A stretch of 64,000 bases of DNA from Octopus vulgaris (taxonomy: Eukaryota): the NCBI GenBank assembly GCA_951406725.2, contig OX597830.1:28396001-28460000 (forward strand), given 5' to 3'. Each line of letters opens with the position of its first letter. The first letter of the stretch is position 1. Positions 15,121 through 29,448 of this stretch are shown here, one piece after another. A program made the position numbers and the translations under genes. The notes beneath the pieces are model-generated. The model saw nothing but the letters and a program-made list of their open reading frames with translations. It searched no databases and had not been told where the DNA came from.

Positions 15121-15457
15121 TCAGTGGTTAGAGCGTCGAGCTTACGATCGTGAGGTTGTGAGCTCGAATCCCGGACAGGGCTGGGTGTTGTGTTCTTGAG
15201 CAAGGCACTTTATTTCACGTTGCTCCAGTTCACTCAGCTGTAGAAATGAGTTGCGACGTCACTGGTGCCAAGCTGTATCGACATTTGTCTTTCCCTTGGA
15301 TAACACTGGTGGCGTGGAGAGGGGAGGCTGGTATGCATGGGCGACTGCTGGTCTTCCATAAACAACCTTGCCCGGACTTGTGTCTAGGAGGGTAACTTTC
15401 TAGGTGCAATCCCATGGTCATTCATGACCGAAGGGGGTCTTTACCCTTTACCCTTTT
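15117..15457 (+). mobile_element. tRNA-derived SINE with CORE-like domain
   Basis: A-box tggctcagtggttagagc, B-box-like gctcgaatccc and core gttcttgagcaaggcactt. Highly similar to 20897-21240. Confidence 0.92.
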
Positions 15458-15495
15458 ATATATATATATAAAATAGTAATAAAAATAATAATAAT

Positions 15496-15700
15496 AAGGC
15501 CAGCTGGCAGAGACGTTAGCGCGCCGGGCGAAAATGCTTAGCGGTATTTCGTCTGTCGTTACGTTCTGAGTTCAAATATAATTTACAGGCGCAGGTGGGA
15601 TAAGAAGCTAGCTTCCCAACCAAGTGAGTGGCACCTTGGCGAAGTGACTTCTACTGTATACTTGGGGAGACCAATAACTTGTGAATGGATTTGGTAAGCA
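15496..15700 (+). mobile_element. Two adjacent truncated SINE heads (43631-type, then 7518-type)
   Basis: gctggcagagacgttagcgcgccgggcg...ttctgagttcaaat is followed by caggcgcagg...ggcaccttggcgaag. Confidence 0.7.
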
Positions 15701-15999
15701 ATCGTTTGGATTAGTTAAACATTAAACATAGGCGAATATTGTTATTTCAGGATATAACCGTTACGTTGGCAATTCCGTATGTTTGAAATAACAGATCTTT
15801 AGAGAAATTCTGTAATTCATTTCAGGGAAACGAAGCTATATAGATTGCTTAGCCGTGGAAAGACACTCTATAGATTATTATAATAATACTAAAGAAAAAA
15901 TCAGTGGGCGCATAACGTTTAATATTCGAGTGAAAACTGGATATACTAGACTATCCAAATATGTACAGACGTTTATATATGTTCACAATCAAACAGCTC

Positions 16000-16860
16000 A
16001 AAAGACACTGGTGTTGTTCCACATAGGTAAGACTTTTAATGTTTAGTAAAACTGGTATAAAGACTATAATGAACTTAGTTTTGGAGTGTGCTGGTTTAAA
16101 ATCTAACGTTTCGAAGAGATTGCTCTTCAGAGAAAACGTTATTGGAGATTACTGCGTGAGAGATAGCAGAATTTTACGTCGTCATAGTTAGAATGACTGG
16201 CTGCAACTGATGAGTAACTCTGAAACACGGAAGCTTCTTCAAGGAACAGGAAGTTTTTGGGAAGAGAGAAGCAGGGTATGAGAAAATAGAATTAAAGAAG
16301 AATATAAATGGGAAGAGTGTGAAGCCGAGAGCGATATGAAGGGAAAAGATGAAGAGGGACGTCTTAGGATAAGAAACTGTTTAATGAACTAGGAGGAAGC
16401 GTAGTAGTAGACGGGAAAATGTTCATTTAAATCTGTCAATGAAACGGAACCGAGTTCGAATTTGAAACGTTGTTTTCAATATGATTTGAATCCTTGGTGT
16501 GCCGAGATACCGAAATGCTAAATGATTAATGGAATGGTCTGTAGTGTTGAAGTTGGTGGTCATAGTTTGGCCTGGCATACATATTAGTATACGTCGAATT
16601 TTCTGCCTGAAGATCGGCAAATTTTCGACCTCTCCCTCTATCGTAAAGAATGGCTGCAATATTTCAATATCATACAATATATAACGTTAGAGGTTATGCA
16701 AGAGAAGTTCCGGTTAATATGATATAATCACTTGGGCCACATGATGGTGGTAATGCTAATGTAGGTGAACTGCTTGTATATTCACTAATATATATCCATT
16801 ATTCATTTGATGCCGATGTTCATTCTATCGCTCCATGTAGTCCCTCGGTTTGTGCGGCCG
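16000..16860 (-). mobile_element. Decayed Penelope-like element 3' end (GIY-YIG endonuclease remnant plus hammerhead-like motif)
   Basis: The minus strand gives NFSCITSNVIYCM (~16709-16671), then after a frameshift LYDRGRGRKFADLQAE (cf. YIGETGRxxxxRFxEH) and TNFNTTDHSINHL (cf. HFNxxxH). Downstream is TCT-CTGAAGA...C-GAAACGTT-AGA at 16133-16102. Confidence 0.75.
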
Positions 16861-17174
16861 ATCAGATAGCCTCATATTTTGATATGTACATACGATATAT
16901 TTATACACATGTGCATCCCTACCACCACGTACACGTGCATACTCACACGCACATTCAAAAACAAACACATATATTTCCCTCATCATAAAAACTATTTTTA
17001 TACCTGTATAACTGTTAATGTAGAACTGTTACTGCACGTAAACTTTTTGCCTATATCTAGCCTGCAAAGAGTTTACTAAACAAAAGTACATATGCACACA
17101 CATTGTTATGCTTACATAGATGCATACATTGTCACGTAAACTTGTTTAAGCCGTATTAATACATACGGATAGTC

Positions 17175-17360
17175 AAGGCGGTGTGCTGGCGGCAGAATAG
17201 TTACCACGACGAGTAAAAGGCTTAGCGTCATTATGTCCGTCTATACGTTCTGAGTACAAATTCTGTCCAACTCGACTTTACCTTTCATTCTTTCGGGGTC
17301 GATAAAATGAACTTATCCACTCCACAGAAATTACTGGTCTTGCGTCAAAATTTAAAATCT
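17175..17360 (+). mobile_element. tRNA-derived SINE (43631 family), degenerate
   Basis: aaggcggtgtgctggc...ttctgagtacaaatt...cctttcattctttcggggtcgataaaatga. Confidence 0.8.
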
Positions 17361-17696
17361 AGTGTGTGTGTGTGTGAAAGAGAGTGTGTATGTGTCTGTG
17401 TATGTGTATGTCGGGACGCGTGTGTCAGTGGATGTATTGTCGTATGATGTGTATGGGTCTGTCATTAGTGTGACAAATCTTATCTAAGAAATGGCAAATT
17501 GTAGAGAGTTAGAATGGATGACACAAAAACCATGCATACGTCTTTCAGAGCTCGCGCAACCATAGGCATGTTCTTGGAGCTAAAGTGTCTAATAGCTGAG
17601 TTGAGTAATGATTATTACGTGAACGGTACGAAATGAATTTTACTTTTACCCCGAGTCAAGAGCACTGTTCAATAATCCCATTATATAGATTCATTT

Positions 17697-17799
<103 letters not shown>

Positions 17800-17804
17800 C
17801 TCTA

Positions 17805-17852
<48 letters not shown>

Positions 17853-17888
17853 CCTACCTATCTTTCTGTGTACATGTGTTTGTGTGTA

Positions 17889-17953
<65 letters not shown>

Positions 17954-18611
17954 ATATATATATATTTCTGTATATATGTATATGTATATATATATGTATA
18001 TAAAGTTTATAACAGTGTGTATATCTGACTGTGGGACTGAGAGAGTGAGTGTGTGTGAATGTGTGTGCGCGTGCGCAATTGTGTTTGTTTATGTACGTAT
18101 GTATGTATGTGTATGTGTGTATGTGCGTTTGTGTATGTGTGTGTGTGTGTTCATAATAAGTGTGAAATTCTCTATATCAATAACCATTCAGGTTGACAGA
18201 ATGTCAAGATATTACTTCCCACCTTGTGTTTATTGGAGATGAAACAGAAATAAGTATTACAGATTATGAGAGCCACAGAAACCCATGCATACCCATACGA
18301 ATAAACAAATAAACATACACTCACGCACGGGCACCAACACACGCACACACTCCATATTTCTCTCACGCATACACACACTCATATATATACATATGTAATT
18401 TATCCATATGTATATATGAATACAGATTAAACTGATATAAAATACTATATATATGTATTAGGTTATACATATAAATCTGTATGCCTAAATATATACATAG
18501 ATATGTTACATACTTGTTCATAGTTTATCTCTCTCTCTTCCTGACTCTCTCTCTCCATCCAACTGTTCGCTCTGAATACTTGTTCGTGTATATATATATA
18601 TATATATACAT

Positions 18612-18661
<50 letters not shown>

Positions 18662-18819
18662 GTATCTATATCCTCACTTCTACACAATTACACACACACA
18701 GCTTTTACATTTATGTACATCTGTGCTACGAGGTATTCATGTATGTATATATACTTTCATACATACATGGATATTACATACATACATTCAAATATCTATA
18801 CATATCAACGCATATATGT

Positions 18820-18874
<55 letters not shown>

Positions 18875-19640
18875 GTGTGTGTGTGTGTGTGTATATATAT
18901 GTATGTATATATATTTATATATATATATATAAATATTTATACATATATATATATATATATATATATAAAACTAGAGAGAGGGAAGGAGAGTCACAGACAC
19001 ATATATGATATCTGGTACCTTGCGTTGAACAACAAATAGTATTTACTGTAAAAGCAAGGCATTTAAAGTAAAAACACTTTATGTAAATATTCTTCACATT
19101 GGCAAGGGAACATCTGCCGTAGGAGATATTGACAGATTTTTAAATAAATATAGTCGACCATGTGTATTTGGTGCCAAAAGAATAATAGAATCAAGGTAGA
19201 ATGACGTTTTAGAAATAGCAGCTTTCGGTTACATGGAATCGGTAAGATGTTCTGCGAATAGCAAATGTGCGATCTGCATAAAGTTAGTATGTTGTTTTGT
19301 AACAATATGAGAAAATCTGCGGTGTTAATTACGAATTGGAAATAGGACATTTTATAGAATTTCACAACAAATAAGGAAGAAAAATGACATGCGCAAACAA
19401 TCACTAAAGCGCATGCGCAAATTTCTCTCACTCTCTCTCTCTCTCATACACACATGCAGACGCATGTGAAACTATAAGTTTACTCTATATTTTGAATCTT
19501 GAGTGGAGCTGCGATTGTATTTACACCTACATCGCGTAATGAATACGAACAATGCATTTTTTAATACTTCGACTAACGCGTATATGTCGAATATTTTATC
19601 GAATATTTTGTATTGAAATACTCGATGTTCAGATAGTTTA

Positions 19641-19687
<47 letters not shown>

Positions 19688-19699
19688 ACAATAATATTG

Positions 19700-19885
19700 T
19701 CCTTACCTTCGTCACGCGGAAGAGAGGAAACAGAGACAACTGATGAAGGGAAAAGTTCTTTATGTTGCATGTCACCTTTCTCTGTTTGTTTTTTTCGTTG
19801 GTCGAAAAAAAAGTTCGTTTTCCATGTTTTTACGTTTATGTTTTCGTCTCCCATAGTGTTCAACGTTTTTTGATGTCCTGTACCC
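19700..19885 (+). mobile_element. Short pLTR-like repeat (family C); inverted homologue at 20270-20445
   Basis: Both copies share gaca(a/g)ctgatgaaggg...tttttcgttg...aaaaaaagttcgtttt...cctgtac. The CTGATGA core is at 19740-19746. Confidence 0.6.
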
Positions 19886-19918
19886 ATATATGCATGCATA
19901 TATACATATTTATGTAGA

Positions 19919-19973
<55 letters not shown>

Positions 19974-20075
19974 ATTACATGAATGAGCGCCCTCGCATCG
20001 TTTCATTTCTTTCCTCCAAGTAAGTTTATATATATGAGCGCTCTCGCATTGTTTCGTTTCTTTCCTCCAAGTAAG

Positions 20076-20115
<40 letters not shown>

Positions 20116-20269
20116 TACTTGGAGGAAAGAAACGAAACGATGCGAGTGCGCTCATTCATGTAATAACAATTTAACAAATAAAATATATGCATACATACAT
20201 ACATACATACATATATGTACGTACCTACATCTATATGTATATATACATGCATACATATATGTATATGTA

Positions 20270-20445
20270 TAAGTACAGGGAACCACAAATAAACGTAGAA
20301 CACAGCGAGAAACGTAAACATAAAAAACAAACTAGGAAACGAACTTTTTTTAACAACGAAAAAACAGGGTACAAGACAAACAACACAAGGAATATTCCCC
20401 TTCATCAGCTGTCCCTGGTTCGACTCAATGTGTGTTTCGAAGGTA
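20270..20445 (-). mobile_element. Short pLTR-like repeat (family C)
   Basis: Reverse-complement homologue of 19700-19885, with the CTGATGA core at 20408-20402. Confidence 0.6.
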
Positions 20446-20531
20446 TATATTAAGTTATTATAATAATCTCATCTGCTTAGCATGCCGGTACTGCACGTTA
20501 GTACCCTTAATTATTGATATGTATATATATA

Positions 20532-20775
20532 TGATCACCACTACTTTCGTATCTCCCCTTCTTCTTAGCTCTCCTGTGACCCTTATGTCCAGCATTCGCC
20601 ATGATATATCGCTAGCCACCTCGCATTATTTACTTTCTCTCCTTGTTTCTTTCTGTGGAAGAGCGTTAGCTCAAAATGTTAGACTTTTTCACTTCTCGAG
20701 TGTTATACTAATACATCCTTTTGTAGTCTACACCACCTGTCTTCGTCGTGTTTTCTTTTTTTTGTGAATTCTCCC
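20532..20775 (+). mobile_element. Short pLTR-like element with decayed hammerhead motif (family A)
   Basis: CTGTGGA-A-GAGC-GTTA-GCTC-aAAAtGTT at 20653-20680. Flanked by TA runs. Confidence 0.6.
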
Positions 20776-20804
20776 TATATATACATATATATCAATAATT
20801 AAGG

Positions 20805-20849
<45 letters not shown>

Positions 20850-20896
20850 TCTGTGATTACAACACGTAATACACATATTTAAACATTTTTTATTGT

Positions 20897-21240
20897 GAAG
20901 GCGCGTGGCTCAGTGGTTAGAGCGTCGAGCTTACGATCGTGAGGTTGTGAGCTCGAATTCCGGACCGGGCTGCGTGTTGTGTTCTTGAGCAAGACACTTT
21001 ACTTCACGTTGCTCCAGTTCACTCAGCTGTAGAAATGAGTTGCGACGTCACAGGTGTCAAGCTGTATCGGCCCTTGCCTTTCCCTTGGACAACATCGGTG
21101 ACGTGGAGAGGGGAGGCCGGTATGCATGGGCAACTGCTGGTCTTCCATAAAACAACCTTGCCCAGACTTGTACCTCAGAGGGTAACTATCTAGGTGCAAA
21201 CCCATGGTCAGTGTCTGACCGAAGGGGGTCATCATCATCA
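20897..21240 (+). mobile_element. Full-length tRNA-derived CORE-like SINE
   Basis: A/B boxes, a core domain and an (ATC)n tail. The approximate TSD aaacatttt..tatt is on both sides. Confidence 0.93.
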
Positions 21241-21455
21241 AACATTTTATTTACATAAAATGATGCGTTTTATATTTAAAATTGATCCGATTTACATAAG
21301 GCTTTACTAATAATGAGTTTATGGAGTGTTGAAAAAGGTGTTCTGGCAAAGTCGGCCGTTATCCATGTAGATCCAGAAATCGAGTAGAATTTACTTTGTT
21401 AACTTTATGTACACTGTTTGGTACGTTCTGGTCTGTAATATTATATCAAAGCTAT

Positions 21456-21665
21456 AAGGCGGTGTGCTAGTTGAATATTTAACCGAGCTATATGCCTAGC
21501 GACATTCGTCCGTATTTATGTTCTCAGTTCAAATTCAGTCGACATCGACTATAACGTTCATCCTTTTGGCGTCGACGAAATAAGTACCAGTTAAGTTCTG
21601 GGGTCGATGTAATAGATTTAACCCCCTCCTTGCAATTACTGGCTTTGTGCCAAAAGTTTATACCC
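21456..21665 (+). mobile_element. tRNA-derived SINE (43631 family)
   Basis: aaggcggtgtgctag...ttcatccttttggcgtcgacgaaataagtaccag...ggggtcgatgtaat. Confidence 0.8.
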
Positions 21666-22352
21666 ATTATATAAAATCTGGCTCATTCACTATCTCAGAA
21701 TGAATTGGAATAGATATAATAAGTAAATAGTGTTGCGAAATGATCGACTATTACCTCATCAGGCTATCAGGCTTATAAAACGTTTAGGTTGTGATTAGTT
21801 CAGAATTCAGATGTTTACCATTTAGTCACTGAAAATGGACATTGTTCACGAGCTATTATATTTTATAGGGACCGAGACAGGGGGAAGCAGTAAAGACGAT
21901 TTTCTTAAAACATAATCAAAGTCTGAATAATTTGTAACACAATGCAAAAAATAAAAGAAAATCCTATAAATGAAATTAACAAGGAGAGATGTTAAATCGA
22001 ATAGCAGATTAAGAAGGTAACAGGTAACTTAGAATGGAGAGGGCTTTAATAAAATAAAATAAAAAACACTGCAAACCATCTCGGTTGAAGTTCTAGGAAT
22101 TCCACCTATTCACTGGGCCTAATTGCGAAGTAGACTTCAGTGGAATTTGAACCTGCAACGGAGCAAACAGGAACCACTAACACAAAATAGTTTGCTCTGC
22201 ACTCTAACGATTCTGCCCAATCACCGCCAAAGCTATTGCAGCACGGACCAAACATTTAACAGCTAATTAGGTATGCATGTGTATTTATAGTTTATAATAT
22301 CTATAAACATATCTGTTGATATGCGTATGTCTTGATGTATATACATCAAGGG

Positions 22353-22436
<84 letters not shown>

Positions 22437-23678
22437 AGTGTTTGTGTACGTTTGGGTGTGTGTGCATCTATATGTGCGTGTATGTATTTAAGAAGCAAAC
22501 TTCATAACCAGATTACAATGTCTAAGAAAGCAAGGCATTAAATTGCCATAATATGATAAAATTTTTACAACAGGCATTCAACGATCATTTCCTTTTCCAA
22601 ATAACACAAGATTCTCCGCCAGTTTGAGCTCGATCGATATTTTCATAATTATATTTATATTCATGAGATTGATAAATTGATTATCGTGATAAACCATATT
22701 TTTTTTTTTTGTTTCTTTTTTCCTGCTCTTCCATATGTTGTTCTCCTCTTAAGTTGTTCAGATTTAGATTGTAGAGTTTTCGAATCTGGCGTTGCATTGA
22801 TATGAATGCAAAACCGAAGAGAATGGAGATATAATTTAGATTATATATTACGAAAAAGTGCCCTTGGGAACACTTGAGCTAACATTTTGAATTTTGGGAA
22901 ACATCTCGATTTAAACAACGCTGTTGTCAAGAAATTGGATAAGCAACTGTTCAACGTTTGCTGTATTCCAAAGGCTGATGTATGAAATATTATTTTACAA
23001 TTGCCACTGTGGAAAAATTTTCAGATTGTGAAGGAAATAAAATAACCTTATTTCTTACTAATGCTTTCTTCTATAGCAGTGTATAAGAGGTCTCTAATCG
23101 ACAATAATTTTACATGCTTTGTTACAATGTTTATCACCAAGCAAGTAATAATTCGTACGTAAAGCAGTGTTTATAGTATGCCTTGCAGGTGAAACATTTT
23201 TGAGATGTCCTTATTAGTTTCTTTTTTAATGATGTGATACGGATAAGATTAGAAGATATGCAATGTGCAATCTATCAGTGTAAAGAGCAGTGGACGAGAG
23301 GCTTAACAACGTATCTTGGTTGAATACTCATAGAAGTACTGATATAAAAATATAATAAATATCTTGCAGGCATGACTGGGGTTACTAGAATCACGGAGTT
23401 TCTAATGCAACTGAATGACACAGAAAACTAATACAGACAAAAGCACTATATATATTATACCTGGCATATTGCATATTTGATTGTAAGTATTTACAAAATA
23501 CTCGTTTACACACACTCAAACACACACATGCACACATACCTACATGAACGTATATATATATAAATATACACACAAACACTCACATATAACTTTAATGCTA
23601 TGGTCTCCCAAAATGTCGTCAAATTTATACCGAACACGCAGTATGCGTATCTATCTGTCTATCTATCTATCTCTCTCT

Positions 23679-24174
<496 letters not shown>

Positions 24175-24187
24175 TCCTACATACCGA

Positions 24188-24269
<82 letters not shown>

Positions 24270-24272
24270 GCG

Positions 24273-24960
24273 TACACCGTGTTCAGGATAAATTTGAGTA
24301 CATTAAGGTTTTGTGCTAGACATGGACGGTTGGAATCCATCTAAATATTGTCTGTATCATGGTGATTCGCTCCGGGTATCAAAATGATGATGTCATGACT
24401 GCTGACCAAAGTCCAACCTACATTGTAATGGCAGGTATTATGTGACATGAACAGTTGCAACTGACACTACGAACTCGTGGCCAACAAAAACCGGCTATGT
24501 CTACACCCCAATGTTAATTCCCACATATTGAACAGGGTCATAGTCTCAATTGAGACGGCGATTTGATGCTATTGGAGACTGTGGTCAAAGTCTGCACGGA
24601 GAGAGTTGCTGCTGAACGGTCATATTTGTGGAATCGGCTCATTGGCATACTTTCTGAAAGCGTGAGAATTGGTCGTCGGAAAATTCCAAAGACTTCACCA
24701 GCCTCAGTATTTTGCCTCATAATTCCTCTTGATTAGTATGTTTGGGGCGTGGTGCATAAATCACCAACGCCTCTGCGTGCAAGACGAAGATCGAGATGGT
24801 GGCTAATATCAGAGATATGTTCGATGATCTTTACAGGGACACGGCAAGGAATGCATGCACTAGTTTCCAGAACCCACTTGAAACTACTTTGTGTAAACTG
24901 TTATCATCCAACCGCAATCTAGTTAAAAGTTTTCGATTTTTTAAATACTCTCATTTTGAG
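24273..24960 (+). mobile_element. Tc1/mariner (maT/DD37D-like) transposase remnant
   Basis: Decayed PLD*YVWGVV...TNASACKTKIEMVANIRDMFDDLYRDTARNACTSFQNPLE, matching the NPLDYxVWG...ACxxFRxRLE C-terminus. The left end reads TA-caccgtgttcag. Confidence 0.7.
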
Positions 24961-24961
24961 A

Positions 24962-25002
<41 letters not shown>

Positions 25003-25051
25003 CTCTCTCTCTATATATATATCTATATATATGTAGATAGATTAGTTACCG

Positions 25052-25089
<38 letters not shown>

Positions 25090-25740
25090 GCACACACACA
25101 CACGTACATGTATGTATGTGTATGTATATTTTTCACTTACACATATGTATCTGTGTGTGTGTAAATATATACATTTGTATAAGCATACATCTCTAAGTAA
25201 TTATGACAACATGTATATTGGATGAATCTTTAGAATATTTAAATCGAGCTGAAAGAACCATCTTTCGAATTTTAGACAACGTGAGATAATACATACAGCA
25301 ATACTCTCACCTTTAATCTAGAAGCTGACAGACGAATGGATTAACTACAACATCAAGTAGAAACTCATTTCCAAATCAGAACCCAATACTAACGTTTACA
25401 CAAAATGTTTGCTATATTCTCTCGAGAAACAAAATCTTCTAAACAACTTAAGAGCTGGGGTCTGGTCGATATCATTGACATTAGTACTATACTAGTACTT
25501 TTTTATAGACTTCAGGGGAACTAACAGTAAACTTAGCTACAGCAGAATTTGGAAACAAAAATTAATGATTCGTAACGAAAGACAGCAAAGGATTTGACAA
25601 CCAGTAATTTAGTAATTCTCAATTATACAAACTCGAAGCTCCATGGTCAGAAACTATGACAATGGTTGAGTTGGGAGGGAAATACTTCAATCTTGTAATT
25701 GACTTATAAGGCAGAAATCCTTACAGTGGCGGAAAAAGTC

Positions 25741-25908
25741 TTCTGTGGTATTTCTTCAGATTTTACGGCCTGAGTTTAAATTCCGCGGTGGTAGACTTTG
25801 ACTTTCATCCTTTCAGGGTTCAAAAAATAAGTACCAGTTAAGCGTCGACGTAAATGACTTGTACACTCTCCCACAATTGCTGGCCTTGTGCCAAAATTTG
25901 AAACGAAT
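25741..25908 (-). mobile_element. SINE fragments of the 43631 family (mixed orientation)
   Basis: ctgagtttaaattccgcggtggtagactttgactttcatcctttcagggttc...aagtaccag lies on + and adjacent inverted pieces follow. The strand call is uncertain. Confidence 0.55.
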
Positions 25909-26296
25909 ATTTTTATTAGTCTAGAAGGGCTGAAGGACCATCTTGATTTCAGCGGTGTAAGATCTGAGAACATAGAGGGTTAGATTGAAAATATGAAAGT
26001 ATTCTATCTCATTACTCTCTAAATTGAGCACCTGAGATTTAATCTTAATACAAACTGAATATTCAAAGTCATTTTTGAACACGAATTGTCTCTATGGTCG
26101 ATATATTACTATTGTTGGTGTCTGTGTTTCACTTATCATGAATGATGCTACAAGAACTAAACAATTTGATGTGTATTTTTTCCAGAAAAGATGTGTATAT
26201 TTAACAGTCAGATAATTATCTTTTCATTTCAATTGTATAGGAAATGAATATATATATATATAATAAATATATGTATGTATATATGAAAACGTATAA

Positions 26297-26333
<37 letters not shown>

Positions 26334-26397
26334 TATCAGTAGATCTACATATATGTATTTATATACATAAGTTATTCTCTCTGTCTATCTCTGTCAG

Positions 26398-26433
<36 letters not shown>

Positions 26434-27098
26434 ATACACACATGCATACGCACACACACACACACACACATATAGACATACATATAGATATGCATCTATA
26501 TATGTGTGTATATATATATACATACATACATACATACACACACACATACATACATACATACATATATATATGCTTAGAGAGTTTCTTTCTGTGTATTTTC
26601 TCCTTCTTTTTAGCATTTTATTTTTTTCTGCCAAGATACATTTACACGAGGTAGCACCGAGAAACGTATATGATATTAGTAGAAGATTAGGTGTGATTTA
26701 CCCTCATTAATATATCATCAAACCCTATAATTAATGACTAGATTCAACGAGAAGCACATTGAAGATGCAGAAGAACAATCTGACTGAAGTGTAATGACAA
26801 AATGATAGCTTCTTAATTTAATATCCCAACTCATTTGTAATTATATATAGAACAGAGACCTTTTCTTTGTAGACATAAAGATTAGAATATACAATTTATA
26901 TATGTGTGCGTGTGAGCGTGCGTGTGTGTACATTTCGTCTGTATGTATGTCTAAGTGTGTGTGTGTGTGTGTGTGTGTATTTGGATGTGTATATATAAAT
27001 GTATGCTTGTATATATTTCGGTGTGCTTCTATATATGTGTTTATATATTTTTTTACATATACCTATATTCAGAATAGGCAGTCGCAAGTACACATTTA

Positions 27099-27138
<40 letters not shown>

Positions 27139-28664
27139 CGTGCGGAAACAGAAGGAAAAAGCGTGTTGTACGCTAGTATTTGTGACAAGCGGACGTCTAT
27201 ATATGTATATATGAATGTATATATATATATATGTGTGTGCGTATATATATATATATGTATATATATGTATGTTTGTATGTATGTATGTATATAAATATAT
27301 ATATATATATATACATATGTATGTATGAGTGTATTCACACGCACACACACAGAAATATACATACATACACATACGCACATATATATCTGTATATATGTGT
27401 ATGCATATGTATATCACACATACATACGCAAATTCTTTTCGATTGAAATATACGTTTAATAAGTAAATTGAAACTTAGGAAATAAGATTTGAATTAAACG
27501 TAATCACAAATTATATTAAAACTTTCTTTTTTCGGTAGATTACTACCTACATATCATGTAATAATTTAAATTAACGTGCACAATGGTGGAAATTAATACT
27601 TCAAATATTTAATTGATCGCATCATTTTGTTTTCTCTCCGTATATTCAGAAGAAAAAAAAACATTAGACAGAAAAACGCAGTATCAAAATGGAGAACACA
27701 TAAAAGAAAGGAACAAAAGAAAAAAACAGAAGAAAACCAAATTAAATAATTTTCCTTTAATTTTGTCTTGTATTACTGATATTCCAGGAGGGAGGAATAA
27801 TTCTTTCATCATTTGAAGAACGTAATGAAGCTAATTCTTTGTAACTTTCTCGTAGCTTTTAATAAGTATTTGTATATTTTTTGCTTCATTTTTTTTTTTC
27901 AGATACTCGGTAACGATACGTATCTCTCGATCTCTAGAAGACATTGTTTACTTTCAGGTTTAAATCATTGTTATGCGGATTAACTATGAATGTATCCGGT
28001 GATTAGAAGCCAATAGATACATCACACGTTATCTATCCTTTCCAGAAATGATCGATGGATACCGAAGTATATATAAATTATAAACTGTCCGAAGAACCTG
28101 ATATCCACAAACAGTTTTGAAACTTGTCAGCAACATTGAGGCAGTATAGGTAAGAAATTATCAATCAGATACACAGGTAGACATGCAGAGAGAAAGAAAT
28201 AAAGATAAACAGCTACACATATTAGGATAGAGTTGAAGCCTTGTTTTAACAATGATATCCGTGATCTGATGAGCTAGCTTATTTCATCAGCATTCATTTC
28301 TGAATATACAATTGTATCGTACAATGCATAACATTTATTTTGGTGGAGATATGCAACATATTTCATTGTACATTGAAATTATTACTACATGAAGGAGTCT
28401 TCAAAACGGCCGTGATCCAAAGGGTAACAAGTAGATAAATGATAATATTTACCTCTCATACCACCTTATATTTTATAATTTATATAATTCTTAGGATATA
28501 ATTTCATGTATTGCATCTCCTGGTTTCAGACACATAGAGTTCTGCATTACACTCCTTCATATTGGATTACTGACATTGAATTACTACGTCGTAGGATAGC
28601 CGGGTTCAGTAGAGGAGACTTGAGTGATAGCCACATGATTCTATGAATCCATATGTTGCAAGAC

Positions 28665-29049
28665 TGCGGAGGCGCAATGGCCCAGTGGTTAGGGCAGCGG
28701 ACTCACGGTCATAGGATCGCGGTTTCGATTCCCAGACCGGGCGTTGTGAGTGTTTATTGAACGAAAACACCTAAAGCTTCACGATGCTCCGGCAGGGCAT
28801 GGTGGTGATCCCTGCTGTACTCTTTCACCACAACTTTCTCTCACTCTTACTTCCTGTTTCTGTTGTACCTGTATCTCAAGGGGCCGGCCTTGCCACTCTC
28901 TGTGTCACGCTGAATATCCCCGAGAACTACGTTAAGGGTACACGTGTCTGTGGAGTGCTCAGCCACTTACACGTTAATTTTAGGAGCAGGCTGTTCCGCT
29001 GATTCGGTTCAACCGGAACCCTCGTCGTCGTAACCGACGGAGTGCTTCC
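28665..29049 (+). mobile_element. tRNA-derived SINE with 12-bp TSD
   Basis: Head ggaggcgcaatggcccagtggttagggcagcggactc...ggtttcgattccc. TSD atgttgcaagac at 28653-28664 and 29050-29061. Confidence 0.93.
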
Positions 29050-29263
29050 ATGTTGCAAGACATTTAAGGACGTCTGTATCTAACTGCCTTACACATATAC
29101 GTATGGACGAATCCAATATAACAAGGTGTTTCTCTTTCTGTTTTCACCAATGACTCGTGCTGGCTACTGCCTCTCTTCCTTTCTCTTTTATTGTATTTAT
29201 GCGCTTATTTATCCATGCAAGTATATTTATGTCCATTTTTATCCATGCAAGTGTCTTGCACAC

Positions 29264-29347
<84 letters not shown>

Positions 29348-29373
29348 GCTTGTCTGTCTGTCTATCTACCTAT

Positions 29374-29448
<75 letters not shown>

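Noticed and set aside
15117-15185. tRNA-like heads (also at 20897, 28665, 56211 and 57160) as tRNA genes
   Set aside because: They lack a complete cloverleaf and continue into SINE bodies, some with tails or TSDs.
27903-28149. Possible exon between a strong acceptor (tttttttttcag) and a donor (AG|gtaag)
   Set aside because: No open frame, and such sites arise by chance in AT-rich DNA. It cannot be supported without RNA data.
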